Assembly (NCBI RefSeq): GCF_963921235.1
Contig: NC_086097.1
Coordinates: 84,322,001-84,386,000, forward strand
Source of the DNA: Mobula hypostoma
Taxonomy: Eukaryota
Length of the DNA: 64,000 bases
Direction of reading: 5' to 3'
Shown piece after piece: positions 24,341 through 36,410 of the stretch. The notes under the pieces were generated by a model, which was not told the DNA's origin, searched no databases, and worked only from the letters and a program-made list of their open reading frames with translations. The position numbers were made by a program, and so were the translations under genes. Within the stretch, counting starts at the first letter, position 1, and each line of letters opens with the position of its first letter.

Positions 24341-27300
24341 TACTGAAATGTCATAGCTTCTCCCTGTTCTGGCCTGGAATTGCAAAGACAATCGTGTGCA
24401 TCGCCAATTTACTTCCGTTAACCTCTGTAGTAACAAGTAGTAACCCAAACAGTAACAAGTCCGCTAACCCTTGTTCAGTGAACGGTAGCTGACATGTCTG
24501 ACACCATGCTTTGTCACCTTGCTCGGAGTTGAGATTCTGTGGCATGAAATAACCTATTTCCATTGGCAGTTTTGGTTGGCAAAAATGCCATTTGGGACTG
24601 ATGGCCATACAGGAGAGCTCTTCAGTCCCTGTGCTTTAGTCAGTTTGGTTGTAGATCTCAAAGAGTATTTGAAAGGAATGCAGAAGAACTGTTTTTAATT
24701 TTTGAAATAAAGCAAGAGTAATGAATGGACCCTGAAGAGTAGAGCTTGTCACCCAAAGATTGTAGTATTCTGGAAACATTCCGAAAACCATTTAAAACTG
24801 CATATGCCTCCTAGGTGGAGGGCAATAGCATTGTCTGGGTACAATGTCACCCTGGCCATATTGCAATGTCCATAACTTGCCACTAATGATGCTATTCCCT
24901 GACCATAACCTCTCAATGAAGCAACATCAGTATCCTATTCTGCTTCAGGATGAGCTGCCAGGGGCTGCCAGTTTCCACCTCGGGTATTGTCCCACTTGTT
25001 CTCCCCCTTGAGGTGCTGAATCAATTCCTTCGACTTGTCTGGTTTCCATGTCATGGTCCAATTCTGTGTTAAGACCTGCTCGCCAGCTTTTCCTGATTCC
25101 TGAACGTCGCACATTTAGTCTCGATGAAGGGATCTCAACACAAAATGTCAATTGTTCATTTCCCTCTATAGAAGCTGCCTGACTCACTGCGTTCCTCTAC
25201 CTCCTTTGGTGCATCACACCTCAGGTCTTTATGTTGTGTTTTAAGCCCTTCACATTCTTCCCAGGCTGGTGGAGATTATATAGCCCGACTTCTAGGCAGT
25301 AGCTCCAGCATCTCTAGGCTGGTGGTGATTGTACAGACCAACCCATGTAATCATCACCAGCCTGCAAGATCCTCTGTCTCCATGGAGCTGTTGGTGTTCT
25401 TCATTCTGGTTCTCCATACATCTCCCATCTCTAATGCCCTACCATTGGTAGATGTATGCTATTGTCTGCTCATTTCCAGGTATATCCCAACCTGTAGGAT
25501 CTTGGAGCTGAAAATCGAACTCTGTTTCTCTTGACTGAGCTGTGAATGTTTCTTGCTTTTCAGATTAAAAAAAATTCTATCCTCTGAAGTATTCTTTATA
25601 TGTTGCCTCTTTAACAGAATTTTTGGTCATCTATCTCTGCATTAGTAGCTTTGTTTTTTTGGCTTGGTGTTGGTTTCTTTTTCTGATGCTAATTTTGGGA
25701 AGCAAACTGGGATCTGTGGTCTATGTTAAAGGCAATATAAAATGTAAGCTGTTAACTTCTGTGACCAAATTTGAACACAGTTATCTTTCTTGATAAATTG
25801 GAGAACAGGGTACTCTTGACTGAGACATATTAATAACTGTGGAAAAACAGCACTAAGTATCAGCTAAAACTCATTGCAAACATCAAAGATTTTTATTGCT
25901 TGTGATCTGCAGATTATCTTTATGATGAGAATATACTTGCGACAAGTTGTTTATGACAGATACAGGCTACTAATTTCAAACAAATAAAGGCTCTTACGGT
26001 GATAGTAATTTAGAGAAAATCTGGCTTTTGAGAAGTTATTTACAATGTTCATTTGTTACTATTTCCTAAAGAAGCATATAATGAAAGAAATACAATACAT
26101 TATTTTTGGAAAAATGTTTTGAAAGTTTCTTGCTAGATTACCTCTATCCTCTTTTATTCTTTACTCTAAGGTTGTTGTAAAAATACCAGCATGCTTGCTG
26201 AGGTAGGTAGTTTTATTGTACAAGCCAAACACATGACTGAATAGCAGGTGGCATATCATTTGATGGGGCTGGATTTTACTGTGAGACAGACTAACTTTCC
26301 TCAGTGTGCAGCCCTTTGGAATGCATACACTTGACTTTAACTCCCCAAAATAACTGTTCAGCATGGTGCCATGCCATATGACACAGTCGTGTAACGTACC
26401 GCTTCTATTTTGTTGCTGCTGTTTCTTTTGTATTATTCAGCCACCCGTTTTGCTTCAGACTTCCTTTGCTTGACCATTTTCCTCCTCTCATATTGGTGAC
26501 TCTCCAGATTGTTTGCGGACGCTGATATTGATAGATTTCTGTAAGGTAAGGATTGATCAATCAGAGACTGCTACATGGATTTGAGGTAGGGATTGGCGGT
26601 TTGAGAGGATGAATGGCTGATCATGTCGTTGTGTTCCTGTGCCATTGAGTCCTGTCTGTGCCCCTGTGGGAAAGATGAGAGAACTATGCGGCACAATTAC
26701 TGCTTTCTGAAGTCTCAGGATTTGGAGCATCACCCAGGCTTTGGGTTAATCAGAAAACGATAAGGCCACAAGGACAGAGGACATGTAGATTGTATTTAAA
26801 ATTGGGAAGCAAGTTGGCTGGTGGGAATTTTATCCAAGTTTCTGGCTCTCTTCCAAACCCTGCTGCAGACAGTCAAACAGCATGGTTAGAAATTGTTTGG
26901 TGACTCTAACATGCTGTTGGGTGAATCGCAATGGGACAATGAAACTTGTTCTTTGGGAGCTAGTAAACTTGAGGCCTTTGCCTTAGTGTTTTGTCACTTA
27001 CAGGGAGAACAAAGGGACAATCTTTGGGATTGGGGCTGGATTTAGTTGATGTGGGGCAAGGGAGTGCTCAGTACAGGTAGAGCTATAGGGATGAAGACTG
27101 CTCTTAAGAGGCGATGTTGGGCTAGAGTGCAGGGCAGATGCAGTAGGAAGCCAGATGGGCCTGGCTTGGTAATTAATGGCTCAGGCCTGGAAGTCTCAGG
27201 CAAGTTTAGTAGGTAATGAGTTGATGCTGGGATGAGATTGGATGTTGGATGGAGCTGGGTGTGGTCAGAGGTGGCACAGGGGTAGAGGAGGAGGGGTTCA

Positions 27301-28769
27301 GATCAGGGTTACAAACTGGCAATGGGGTAGGGGTGCTGCTTGATTGGCTCTGTGGGGATTGAGTGAGGTGCTGGGGGCTGCGATGTCAGGAGCTCCAAGA
27401 GAAAGTTGGGTAAGTTCCCACCTCTTTTCTGCCTAGGCTAGTTTCTCACTTCAAGTTGAGCAGAAGCAGTTCTTGAGTGATTGCTGCCCGCTGTGATGTT
27501 GAACCAAGGATCTAGCCACACAGCGACCTTAACTACCCTTCTTCCTGACTCACCCGTCTAAAACAAAGCAAGCTTCTAAACCAATTCCTCACCTAATGGC
27601 TTTCCGCCCTGTTTAGCCTACAGTTGGCTGCTGAGGTGTACTTGAAAATTCCCTTGACCTGACCCCTCAAAATCAGGACAGCTCTCCATTGTGTTCCGAT
27701 GAACAGTTATGCTCAGACAACAGCACCAAGGTTAGGTTAACCATCATTTGCCTCCTCTGTGGGATCTCACTGTGTACACATCGGCATCGCTTAAAAAACA
27801 AGTGATCCCACTTTAAAGAGGATGTGACAGGCAGGAGGGGAGAAAAGACTGGATAGAGGGTGTTCGGACCGAGGCAGGCAGCAATACTTGGCCATACCCT
27901 CCCTCTGTGTGAGCCCTTGTTGCTTTAACTATCAATTAAGAAAGAAACCATCCCATATTTTTGAAGCACAAAAGGAGTCTGGATTTCTGAACTAATCCTT
28001 TTGTTCTGTTAACACAACTTGAATGAGGCCCCAGAGTTGTTTTCCTTCTGCCTGTCAAATTAAAAACGCATAATTAATCAGAAATTGGTAATTAAATAGA
28101 TCCCCTCCCTGTTTACAACACTTCCTTTGGAAGCTCTCCAAATTCTTTATAAAGGGAACTTTATTTGTGAAAGAGGTGCTTTATGTGGGTTTTGTTTTCA
28201 TGGGTGAGTTATAAACAGTAGAAGTTTAATCACTGCTTGTGGAAACCCAGTGAACATTGTAAATCGAAGTCCCTTGTGTCTGTATTACTTCTCTGGCAGG
28301 GAATTAACTATTCCCCCTCCCCTCAATCTCTTATATGCTAGGATGGATTTTCAGCAATTTTCCCCTTTAGATAGCTATGTAAAATTCAAAGGGATTTGTA
28401 ACAAATGCCTGATCTCTATGTCATTGGAGATCAGCCAGAGGCTATGGTCGTCTCAGTGATGTGCTCCAAGAGCTGTAAACTGGATGTGCAAGTTAAAGCC
28501 AAGACCAGTGGGCAGCACGCAATGTACTGAGATCAGGTATTGCCTGAAGGCCAATGGTTGCTGGATCCCTGTTCTGACTGGTTACTGTTTCCACAACTCC
28601 ATTTTCTGACAGTCACATGATTTAATGAACTATGTCTTAATTGTTTCAAGTCTCCAACCGTTCGTTCTCAGCCGCCAAACCCTGTGGATTTTGGATTTGG
28701 ACCAGCAGGGAATGGATTTGTTTATCGTTGTCTCTGCTCAGTTACAATGTGCCTTGTATATTGTTTTCA

Positions 28770-29200
28770 CTGAGGACAAAGAAGTGTACAGGAATGAGAC
28801 AGATCAGCTGGTTAGTTATGTCACAACCTCACACTCAACGTCAGCAAGACCGAGGCACTGATTGATCAAGCTCCATCATGGGCACGACCTTCCCATCATG
28901 GAGAGCATCTTCAAACGGCAGTGCCTCAAGAAGGCAGCATCTATCTCCGAAGACCCTCACCACCCAGGACATGCCCTCTTCTCATGACTACCATCAAGCA
29001 GGAGTTACAGGAGCCTGAGGACCGACACTCAAAGATTCAGCAACAGTTTCTTCCCCTCAGCCGTCAGATTGCTACCGATTTGTTCCATTTCTTTTGCACT
29101 ATTTATTTTGTAATTTATAATATTTGCACTGCACTGCTGCCACAAAATAGCACATTTTACATCAAGTAAGATAATAAACCTCATTCTTATTCTGATTCTA
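28770..29200 (+). mobile_element. Rex/Babar- or L2-type LINE 3' fragment
   Basis: ..caacctcacactcaacgtcagcaagacc.., ..caagaaggcagcatctatc..cacccaggacatgccctcttctc..ccatcaagcagg.. and the aataaacc(tgattc)n-like tail. Confidence 0.65.
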
Positions 29201-30246
29201 AACCTTCCGACTTTCTCCTCCGTCTCTTTCAAACATAGGCAAGCAAAGGACAGCAAGATTCAGCAGTTGTAAAAGACAATGTATCACTCCTATCGGTATT
29301 CCTTTACTGCTCTGTGTATGGTGTACTCTCCAATTTAATATACATAAAGTCTGAACAATAATTTAACAACTTATGTGGAAAAAAATCCACTCGACTTTGC
29401 TGTTACTGATGTTCAAATTGGCCAGTGACTTGTGCTAAGAAGTGAAATGGTATGAATTGCAGTTGGCTATGTTAGTCTCTAATATACACTGCTCAGCTGT
29501 AAGCTTTGGGAGCTCGACCTTAACTCTGAAATTTCTTGAAACTGCTGTATTTGACCATTATTTGCTCATTAAGCCCACTGCAGGAAGTAAGTTATCTTAA
29601 TCAACAGCATAAGTTGCCTTTTAATTGCACACAATTTTTTAAGGGCTGCTGTTGTATTGGTCTCATCAAGAAGCTGAGCAACTCTTTGCAGAGTCTAATT
29701 TCTTCAAGTTATAAATTGTTTTAGGAAAATATTCTTCTTTTGTCTGTCGTTCTCTCTCAACTTAATCTTTCTTTCCTTCCTTTTATTTCTCTTATTTTGC
29801 ACCTGTTTTGATGCTGAATTTATCCTGTCACATTCACCTTCCTTCACTGTCGGTTTGTTCTGCTCTCGTTTATTGTTGCAGGAGCAAACTCTCTCTCCCT
29901 CGCTGGGAGAGAGACCGGTCTGGGATACCAGAGTGCTGGTTTGTAGACTGTAGTTTTGATGGACTCTGAATCAAGGATTCTTTGGGGCTTTGGGTCTTCT
30001 GCCTTTGCTTGCGTGGTGCGGGTGGGGCTTCTGCTGGTGCGAGTGGGGGGAGGAGGGGGTCCATGCTTTTGCTGCAGCTTGTGCGAAGGGGGGGAGGAGG
30101 GGCTTTGATTTTTCTATCATTCATCCCATGGGGTTTCTTGTTTCGTGGATGTCTGTGAAGGGTAGGAATTTCAGGTTGTATACTCTGATATTAAATGAAT
30201 CTCTGAACTTACCGGGCTGAGGAGGTATGTTGTTTGTCTGGACACC

Positions 30247-30288
30247 AGGAGTCCTGATGAAGGATTTCAGCTTGAAATGTCGACTCCT
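30247..30288 (+). ncRNA. Minimal hammerhead ribozyme motif in a short PLE fragment (fragment extends to ~30346)
   Basis: AGGAGTC-CTGATGA-AGG(ATTTCAG)CTT-GAAA-TGTC-GACTCCT: 7-bp perfect stem I and intact core, followed by the PLE repeat gatgctgcctgacgtgctgagttcctccagcatt. Confidence 0.65.
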
Positions 30289-30957
30289 TACTTCTTTCTA
30301 GATGCTGCCTGACGTGCTGAGTTCCTCCAGCATTCTGTTTGTGTTACCCAAGTGCCCTTTCCATTCATTGCAATAGTTTGCAAATTGATTTGAAACCAAT
30401 TATGTCAGAACTTGTCTGCTTAATGTTGGCAGGGGTACAAGTGCAAAAGTGTTCTGTTCCAGCAAAGTCATGACTGGGAAGCTTCTGGGAATGCAGCGAA
30501 GTTCCTTATAAACTGTTTCTAATTAGTATCATGTTGGCATTCTTTAATCTGATTCCGGTCTTAGACGAGAAAGCAGATTCCAATAATTATATTAAAAATA
30601 TGTTGAGATTGACATTAGTGAGCAAATTGCACTGTGCAGCTGGAAAGAGGGAGCTCATGTTTCTGCCATTATTTTCTTCAATTGGACTGATATACACATT
30701 GCAAAAATATTCCTGAACTAAGTCACTTTATGAATCTTGAGAACAATGGACCTGTTTTTTTTAGGCTCAAAGCACTGTGTGTATGCCAGCAAGATGTTGT
30801 AACTATTGGAAGGGATAAAATTTAAATTAGTCTGACATGAAAGCTATTTGGCTAAAAGTACCAAAATGGGATTAAGCCTGGCAACTGGCATGTAAACGCA
30901 AGGGGAAAAAAGCCGGAATTTTATGAATTGTTTTCTTTCTCTGCTCCTTCTGAACAG

Positions 30958-31147
30958 ACAAACCCTCCTGCGACCAAGAGAGGCAAGCAGCTTTGGAGGA
31001 AACTCACCAGTACCCGAGAGATGGCATCTTCATTCCAGAGTGTGCTGGTGCAGGGCTCTACAAGCCAGTGCAGTGCCACCAGTCGACTGGGTACTGCTGG
31101 TGCGTCTTGGTGGACATTGGACGCCCCATTCCTGGGACCTCCACCAG
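30958..31147 (+). CDS. SMOC1: SMOC1 internal exon encoding the second thyroglobulin type-1 domain
   Basis: Polypyrimidine tract plus cag acceptor (..ttttctttctctgctccttctgaacag|) and AG|gtaagt donor. 190 bp, phase 1 to phase 2, translating xKPSCDQERQAALEETHQYPRDGIFIPECAGAGLYKPVQCHQSTGYCWCVLVDIGRPIPGTSTR with the QC..TGYCWCV thyroglobulin motif. DQERQ, PRDG and QCHQST match SMOC1 rather than SMOC2 as I recall them. This frame is not in the ORF track. Confidence 0.95.
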
Positions 31148-31232
31148 GTAAGTGCACATTATCTTTGGAGGTGATGGAGAGGGATGCCAGGTGAGTAAAA
31201 CTGAGCTGGAGTAAGTCTTGTCTAGGTGGCTC

Positions 31233-31625
31233 CAGTACTGTGCAAAAGTCATGTGAGTGATGATAAACCTAATTCTGATATGGGTCTCTGTCATGGACTG
31301 AGAGAGGGAAGGGGACTGTGAGAGGATTTGGAAAAAGGGAAAGTAGAAGGGAGGGAGTGGGAAGCACCAGAGAGGCATTCTGTTTTGATCAATAACCCAA
31401 TTGTTTGGAATCAGGTGACCTTGCTTGGTGTCTCGGGGCTGGGTGAGTCTGCACCCATGCCACAACCTTGCCCCAGCAATCCTTCTCTCCCACCTGTCCC
31501 ACACCTCTCCTGTGGCACTCCACCCTTGCCATTCCCAACATCCTTTGCTCCCACCAGATTTACAAACTCGCTCTCTGCTCCATGTTGACAAATGCAGTAC
31601 TGTGCGGAAGTCTTAGGCACCCTAG
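31233..31625 (+). mobile_element. Partial copy of the CAGTACTGTGCAAAAGTC Tc1-like MITE
   Basis: Internal sequence aligns by eye with 39950-40325. TIR motifs at 31233 and ~31595. Confidence 0.75.
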
Positions 31626-32854
31626 AATTGTGGTATTTTTACAAATAAAACCTTGACCTCCTGAGGTATTAACTTAAGCTCAAACTATGAAATCTAGGTA
31701 AAGGAAGTTTGCAAGCTTGTATGTAAACCCCTGCTGTATCTCTGCCATGTGACGTGAAAGTGATGTTTGAATCATTTAGGCTGTGTGCATTGCGCTGCAG
31801 CGTTAATGTGCTGTTGAGTGAACACTCTCTCCCCTTTGTATGTTGGTAACCATTCCTAATTCTGCCCATACCTGCAAGACACATGGGTGCGTTGGACATT
31901 TCTTGGAAACTGACCATGGGTTGTCGCTCAAGGACCTCTCAGTAACTCAATAGTCAGGGGCATCAGCACGGTAGTGTGCTGTAACCTTCTCCAACTGTCA
32001 GTGTGGTAATTGTTTTGTACGATTTTGACCTCCATGAGTACTGCCATATCTTAAGAACTTACGAAATAGAACAGTACAGCACAATATAGATCCTTTGGTC
32101 CACAATGTTGTGTTGACCCAGACAGACCTGCTCCACCATCAATCTAATCCTTCCCTCCTACATCAGTCAGAACCTTCAGTTTTTTTTTCTTACATCCATG
32201 TAACTATCTACAAGTGTTTTAAATGTCCCTGTTGTATCAGCTTCTACCGCCACTCCAGACAGAGAGTGAGGCACCCACCACTCTCCGTGTAAGGAACCTA
32301 CCTCTACCATCTGCCCTAATCTTACCCCCACTCACCTTAAATAGATATCCTCTGGTATTGGCCATTACTGTCCTGGGTAAGAAGTGCTGGCTGTCAACTT
32401 TATCCATGCCTCTCATAGTCTTGTGCTTCTCTTATAATGGTGCGATTAAAAAGGAGCAAATAACCTTTGCAGCACACACAAAATGCTCACTGGCCTGCTG
32501 AGTTCCTCCAGCATTTTGGGTGTTTTGCTTTGATTTCCAGCGCTTGCAGATTTTCTCTTGTTTGTAAATACTGGTGTACTTTAAAGGTTACTATTATTGC
32601 ATAAGACATAATGGTCACCTTGAAACACGTTACAAATTTAGCCTTGTCCACAGCAATCTGTTGTTTACTATGCCAGCCAAGCACCTCTCTAAACCTTCTT
32701 AATAACTAGATAAAGTTGCCTTTGATTAGCTGGGCCACACAGACCAGGATAGACAAAGGTTCAACGTTAGCTTCAGTGTGCCCACATTCAGTGAAGAAGG
32801 AATTAAACCAGATTAGGGTTCCCAGACAGAAAGAGAGAGAATGCGTATCAGTTT

Positions 32855-32855
32855 G

Positions 32856-32886
<31 letters not shown>

Positions 32887-32902
32887 TGTGTGTGTATGTG
32901 TG
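32855..32902. repeat. Imperfect (TG)n microsatellite
   Basis: Direct reading. Confidence 0.9.
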
Positions 32903-32935
32903 TTCGTTCCAGGATTGTGAGTGTATTCACGCATA

Positions 32936-33230
32936 CACTCAGTGGTCACTTTATTAGGTACACCTGTACACCTGCTTGTTAATGCAAATATCTAATTAGC
33001 CAGTTGTGATAACAACTCAGTGCATAAACCATGCAGACATGGTCAAGAGGTTCAGTTAATGTCTAGACCAAACATTGGAATGGGGGACTAAGTGTAATCT
33101 GAGTGACTTTGACTGTTGGAGTGATTGTCGGTGCCAGATGGGGCGACAGCAGCAGAAGATCATGAACATGCACATTCAGTGGCCACTTTATTGGATACAG
33201 GAGGCACCTAATAAAATGGCTGCCCCAGTG
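32936..33230. mobile_element. Tc1-like non-autonomous element
   Basis: TA|CACTCAGTGGTCACTTTATTAGGT ... ACCTAATAAAATGGCTGCCCCAGTG|TA (imperfect TIRs), with an extra TIR copy at ~33173-33199. Confidence 0.7.
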
Positions 33231-34767
33231 TACGTGACTCTGTTTATTCACATTAATGTACATGCTTCACTTGAGAAGCAGTTCTCCTATAAGACTCCAG
33301 AAGTGTATCAACAGAGACGCTTCTAGACAGTCTGTCCCATCACACAGACAGAGTCTGTTGTGAACATATTTTCCATGCCAGCCACTGCAGTTTGTTGTAT
33401 TAAAAGTAAGTGGCGGATGGCACTGGATAGATTGTACTGCTTTGTCACAAAGTAGGCACAGAGCTCAAAGTTTAGATTATACCGAATGAAACCTCGCCCA
33501 CTCAAACAATACTGAGTATTGAGACCACGCATAAAGTGGAGCTGCTTCATTCTTTCCTGCTGTGATATCTCAGCAGGAGAAGGCTGAAATGCTATTTCAA
33601 CAGTGGCTAGATGGCCAGTGAGAAAGATGTTTCATTACAAAAGTCTTTTATGAAATGGCATAATTAGAGCCTGGGTGACACACGGGTTTGGAACATTATC
33701 CCTTCATCGCTGACAGTTTGGTTTGCCTTTGTCCCAGAACGGAAAATCTTCTCTTGTGGCTCATAATTAGGCTCCAAAGTAAAATATTTGTGGACAGATC
33801 ATTTGATTTCCCCAGTGGGTATAGTGGATGTTCAAAGTGGAGAGCTGGTGTTACAAAAGGGAAATCCTCTGGTGGAAAAGTTGCAGCTGTTGGGTGGGCA
33901 GAGCTGTGAGTGCTTTAGTTCGTACCACCAGCTGAAGCTGACATGAAATTCTACAAAGGGAAAGCAAATTCTTTCCCACCTGAAAGGTGATGCATTTGAT
34001 CCCAGGTCTGCGTTGGGCTGTGGTAGAGGCTGTAAGTCAAGGGCAGATTGGAAATTGGATTTGAAACTGGTTTGGGAGTAGGCAGTGGGTGATGGTGGAG
34101 GGTTGCTTTGTGATTGGAAGCTAATGATAAGTGGTGCACCAAAGGGATCAGTGTGGGACTCTTAATGTTTGTTATAAATATGAATGACTGGGATGTGAAG
34201 GCATGGTGTGGTTGGCGTGTATATGGGAAACTGGAACATCTTTTGACTGACCAAGTTTCCTGAGAGTTAGCCTGATTGACAGGTTTTGTTTCCATTGTTT
34301 CTGTTCTGGTGGGAAGGACTTAGTAACGAGTCATGTATAGGTGGGAATAACAACCCCCCCACCCCCCATCCCGTGCTTCTCCTCAAGTTTGTGAGTGTGA
34401 AGGGGAGTGGAGTGCACTGCATGGGTGGGTTCCAAGCTCTAGCACCTGGATCAGTCCAGTCCCTGCCCGAGTGGGCTGAGGGTCAGTGGAGGCTGAGGAG
34501 TCACTTTTGTTGTCCTTGCTCCTTTAACCTTACCTCCCAGAAATGCCTGCCTTTTCTCTGAAGCAAATCTTCTTTGCCTTCAGCTGCCAGGTTTGCTCAA
34601 ACCAGAGAACCAGCTAATTAGGATAAACCATTAATTCGGAGACTTCTTGTAACATCCATTACATTACCCTGCTTGTAGTATAACTAGTGAAATGAGCTCG
34701 AGTTCCAGATTTTTAACGTATCAGATCTATTCTCAACTAGATTAAAGAGAGGAAATAATGTCAAAAA

Positions 34768-35105
34768 GGGAAACACACATAAAATGCTGGAGGAACTCAG
34801 CAGGTCTGGAAACATCTATGGAGGGGAATAAGTACTTAACGTTTTGGGCTGAGACCCTTCATTAGAACTGGAGAGGAGCAGGGAAGAAGCCAGAGTAAGA
34901 AGCTGGCAAGTGATGGGTAAGACCAGTGAAGGGGAAGATGAGAGTATGGGGGAGGGGGCAATGAAGTGAGAAGCTAGAAGGTGATAGGTGGAAAAAGTAA
35001 AGGGCTGAAGAAGGAGAAATCTGATAGGAGAGGAGAGTGGACCATAGGAGAAAGGGAAGATGGTGACAGGCAGGTGAGGAGAAGTGAAAATAAGATTAAA
35101 CAGTG
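34768..35105 (-). mobile_element. PLE terminal repeat and UTR fragment
   Basis: aaaatgctggaggaactcagcagg..gagacccttcatta.. plus the purine-rich block shared with 4562-4930 and 40694-41000. Hammerhead core degenerate. Confidence 0.7.
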
Positions 35106-35641
35106 GCACTGAAAGTTGGCCTTTGTAACATTGCCAACAAATGAAATCGAGTGATTTAACAATTTAAATTCTCCCTTTCAAGACTGGTGAGGTTAACAAT
35201 CATCACATCATTAAATGATCAGATTTAACTTCCTGCTTTGAGTTTAATGAGCCTCTTTCAGAATTTCCTATGGAGAACTAGAAGGTTGAGAGCACCTTGT
35301 TGAATGTAGAAAGCCGATAATGTTGCAATCAACCTGCAATTGTTGGAAATTCACCCTTTGCAGCATATCTGCTGATTGGTTTTGAGTTTGTTGACTGATT
35401 TGGGCCTGTGCTGCATCGTTAACGCAGCACTGCTTTTCCAGCAAGATTCAGCCCAATAAATATATAATGTCTGCTGCTTGAATAAGGCTCCATTCTCTGC
35501 AATGACCTCACACTTTAAAGAGACACTATCCCTTTTGATGGTATTAAAAAGCTGAATTTAAACAAAATATAGAAGCTCAAAGTTCCAACTACAGCAGAAT
35601 TATCCAGAACACATTCCAGCCTTTTGAATGATGTCAAAGTA

Positions 35642-36410
35642 CAGTGGATTCCAGTTAATTGGGACACATTGGGACTCAATTTCAGCCCAATTAAACGGCC
35701 GCCCCAAGTTTCATGGAAATGCTTAAAATGGTATAAAAAAAAGACAAAGTAACAAATAATGTGTTTAAATGAACACTACCAATAATACTATACTATAATA
35801 CTGTAGTAATATAAAAGTTCCTAATAGTTATCAACAGAGGAATTCATCCAGAGAACGTAATGAACAAAATCAGCATTGACACCTAGTGTAGATAATAGAC
35901 TGCCTTCATAGAATACTTTTGATGATTGCATCCTCCAAATCTTTTCCAAAGTAGCATTCAAAATAGTTGTTGATACCATCAAATTTTTCGTAGTTCCCAA
36001 CTTGCTGAAGTAGTGAAATCATTTAATTTTCACTCCCGGCTGTTTGTGGCATCTCTTAGCCCGAATGCTTGAAACTGCAGCGAGAAACATAGTTTGGAAT
36101 TGTCTTGCTGCTTATTTCTCACCAACTATCAGTGATTTAAAAAAAATCACTCTTTTTGAGCACAAACATACGCAACTGACGCTATTTTAAAAACTGTTTG
36201 CTCTAAGCGTGGTATAGTGTCTAACGGGTACACAAGTGAACTTGACTGACGCTATTTGGAACCTGCTTGGCAAGCTTCCTGCCCCAATTAAGCAGCACAG
36301 TGTCCCAAGTAAATGAAGGGCATCCTGGCAAATTGTTTTTGTTCTTTAAGAGTTATCCCAAATAAGCAACTGTCTTGATTAACCAATGGCCTATTATCCA
36401 GAATCCACTG
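35642..36410. mobile_element. pogo/Tigger-like non-autonomous DNA transposon
   Basis: TA|CAGTGGATTCCAGTTAATTGGG ... GGCCTATTATCCAGAATCCACTG|TA, with subterminal cccaattaa motifs at both ends. Confidence 0.75.

Noticed and set aside
23938..24448. 138-aa and 150-aa minus-strand ORFs
   Set aside because: Low-complexity Leu/Ser/Pro/Phe translation of the purine tract.
28660..28740. TLWI peptide resembling SMOC1 PTLWIK
   Set aside because: Only four residues match, with no suitable splice sites or flanking similarity.
30928..31194. ORF-track proteins overlapping the SMOC1 exon (88 aa, 83 aa, and minus 78 aa)
   Set aside because: Wrong frames or strand. The splice-bounded third frame gives the thyroglobulin domain.
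31058..31656. 177-aa and overlapping ORFs, similar to those at 40035-40438
   Set aside because: They fall in the interior of a repeated MITE and have no protein-family features.
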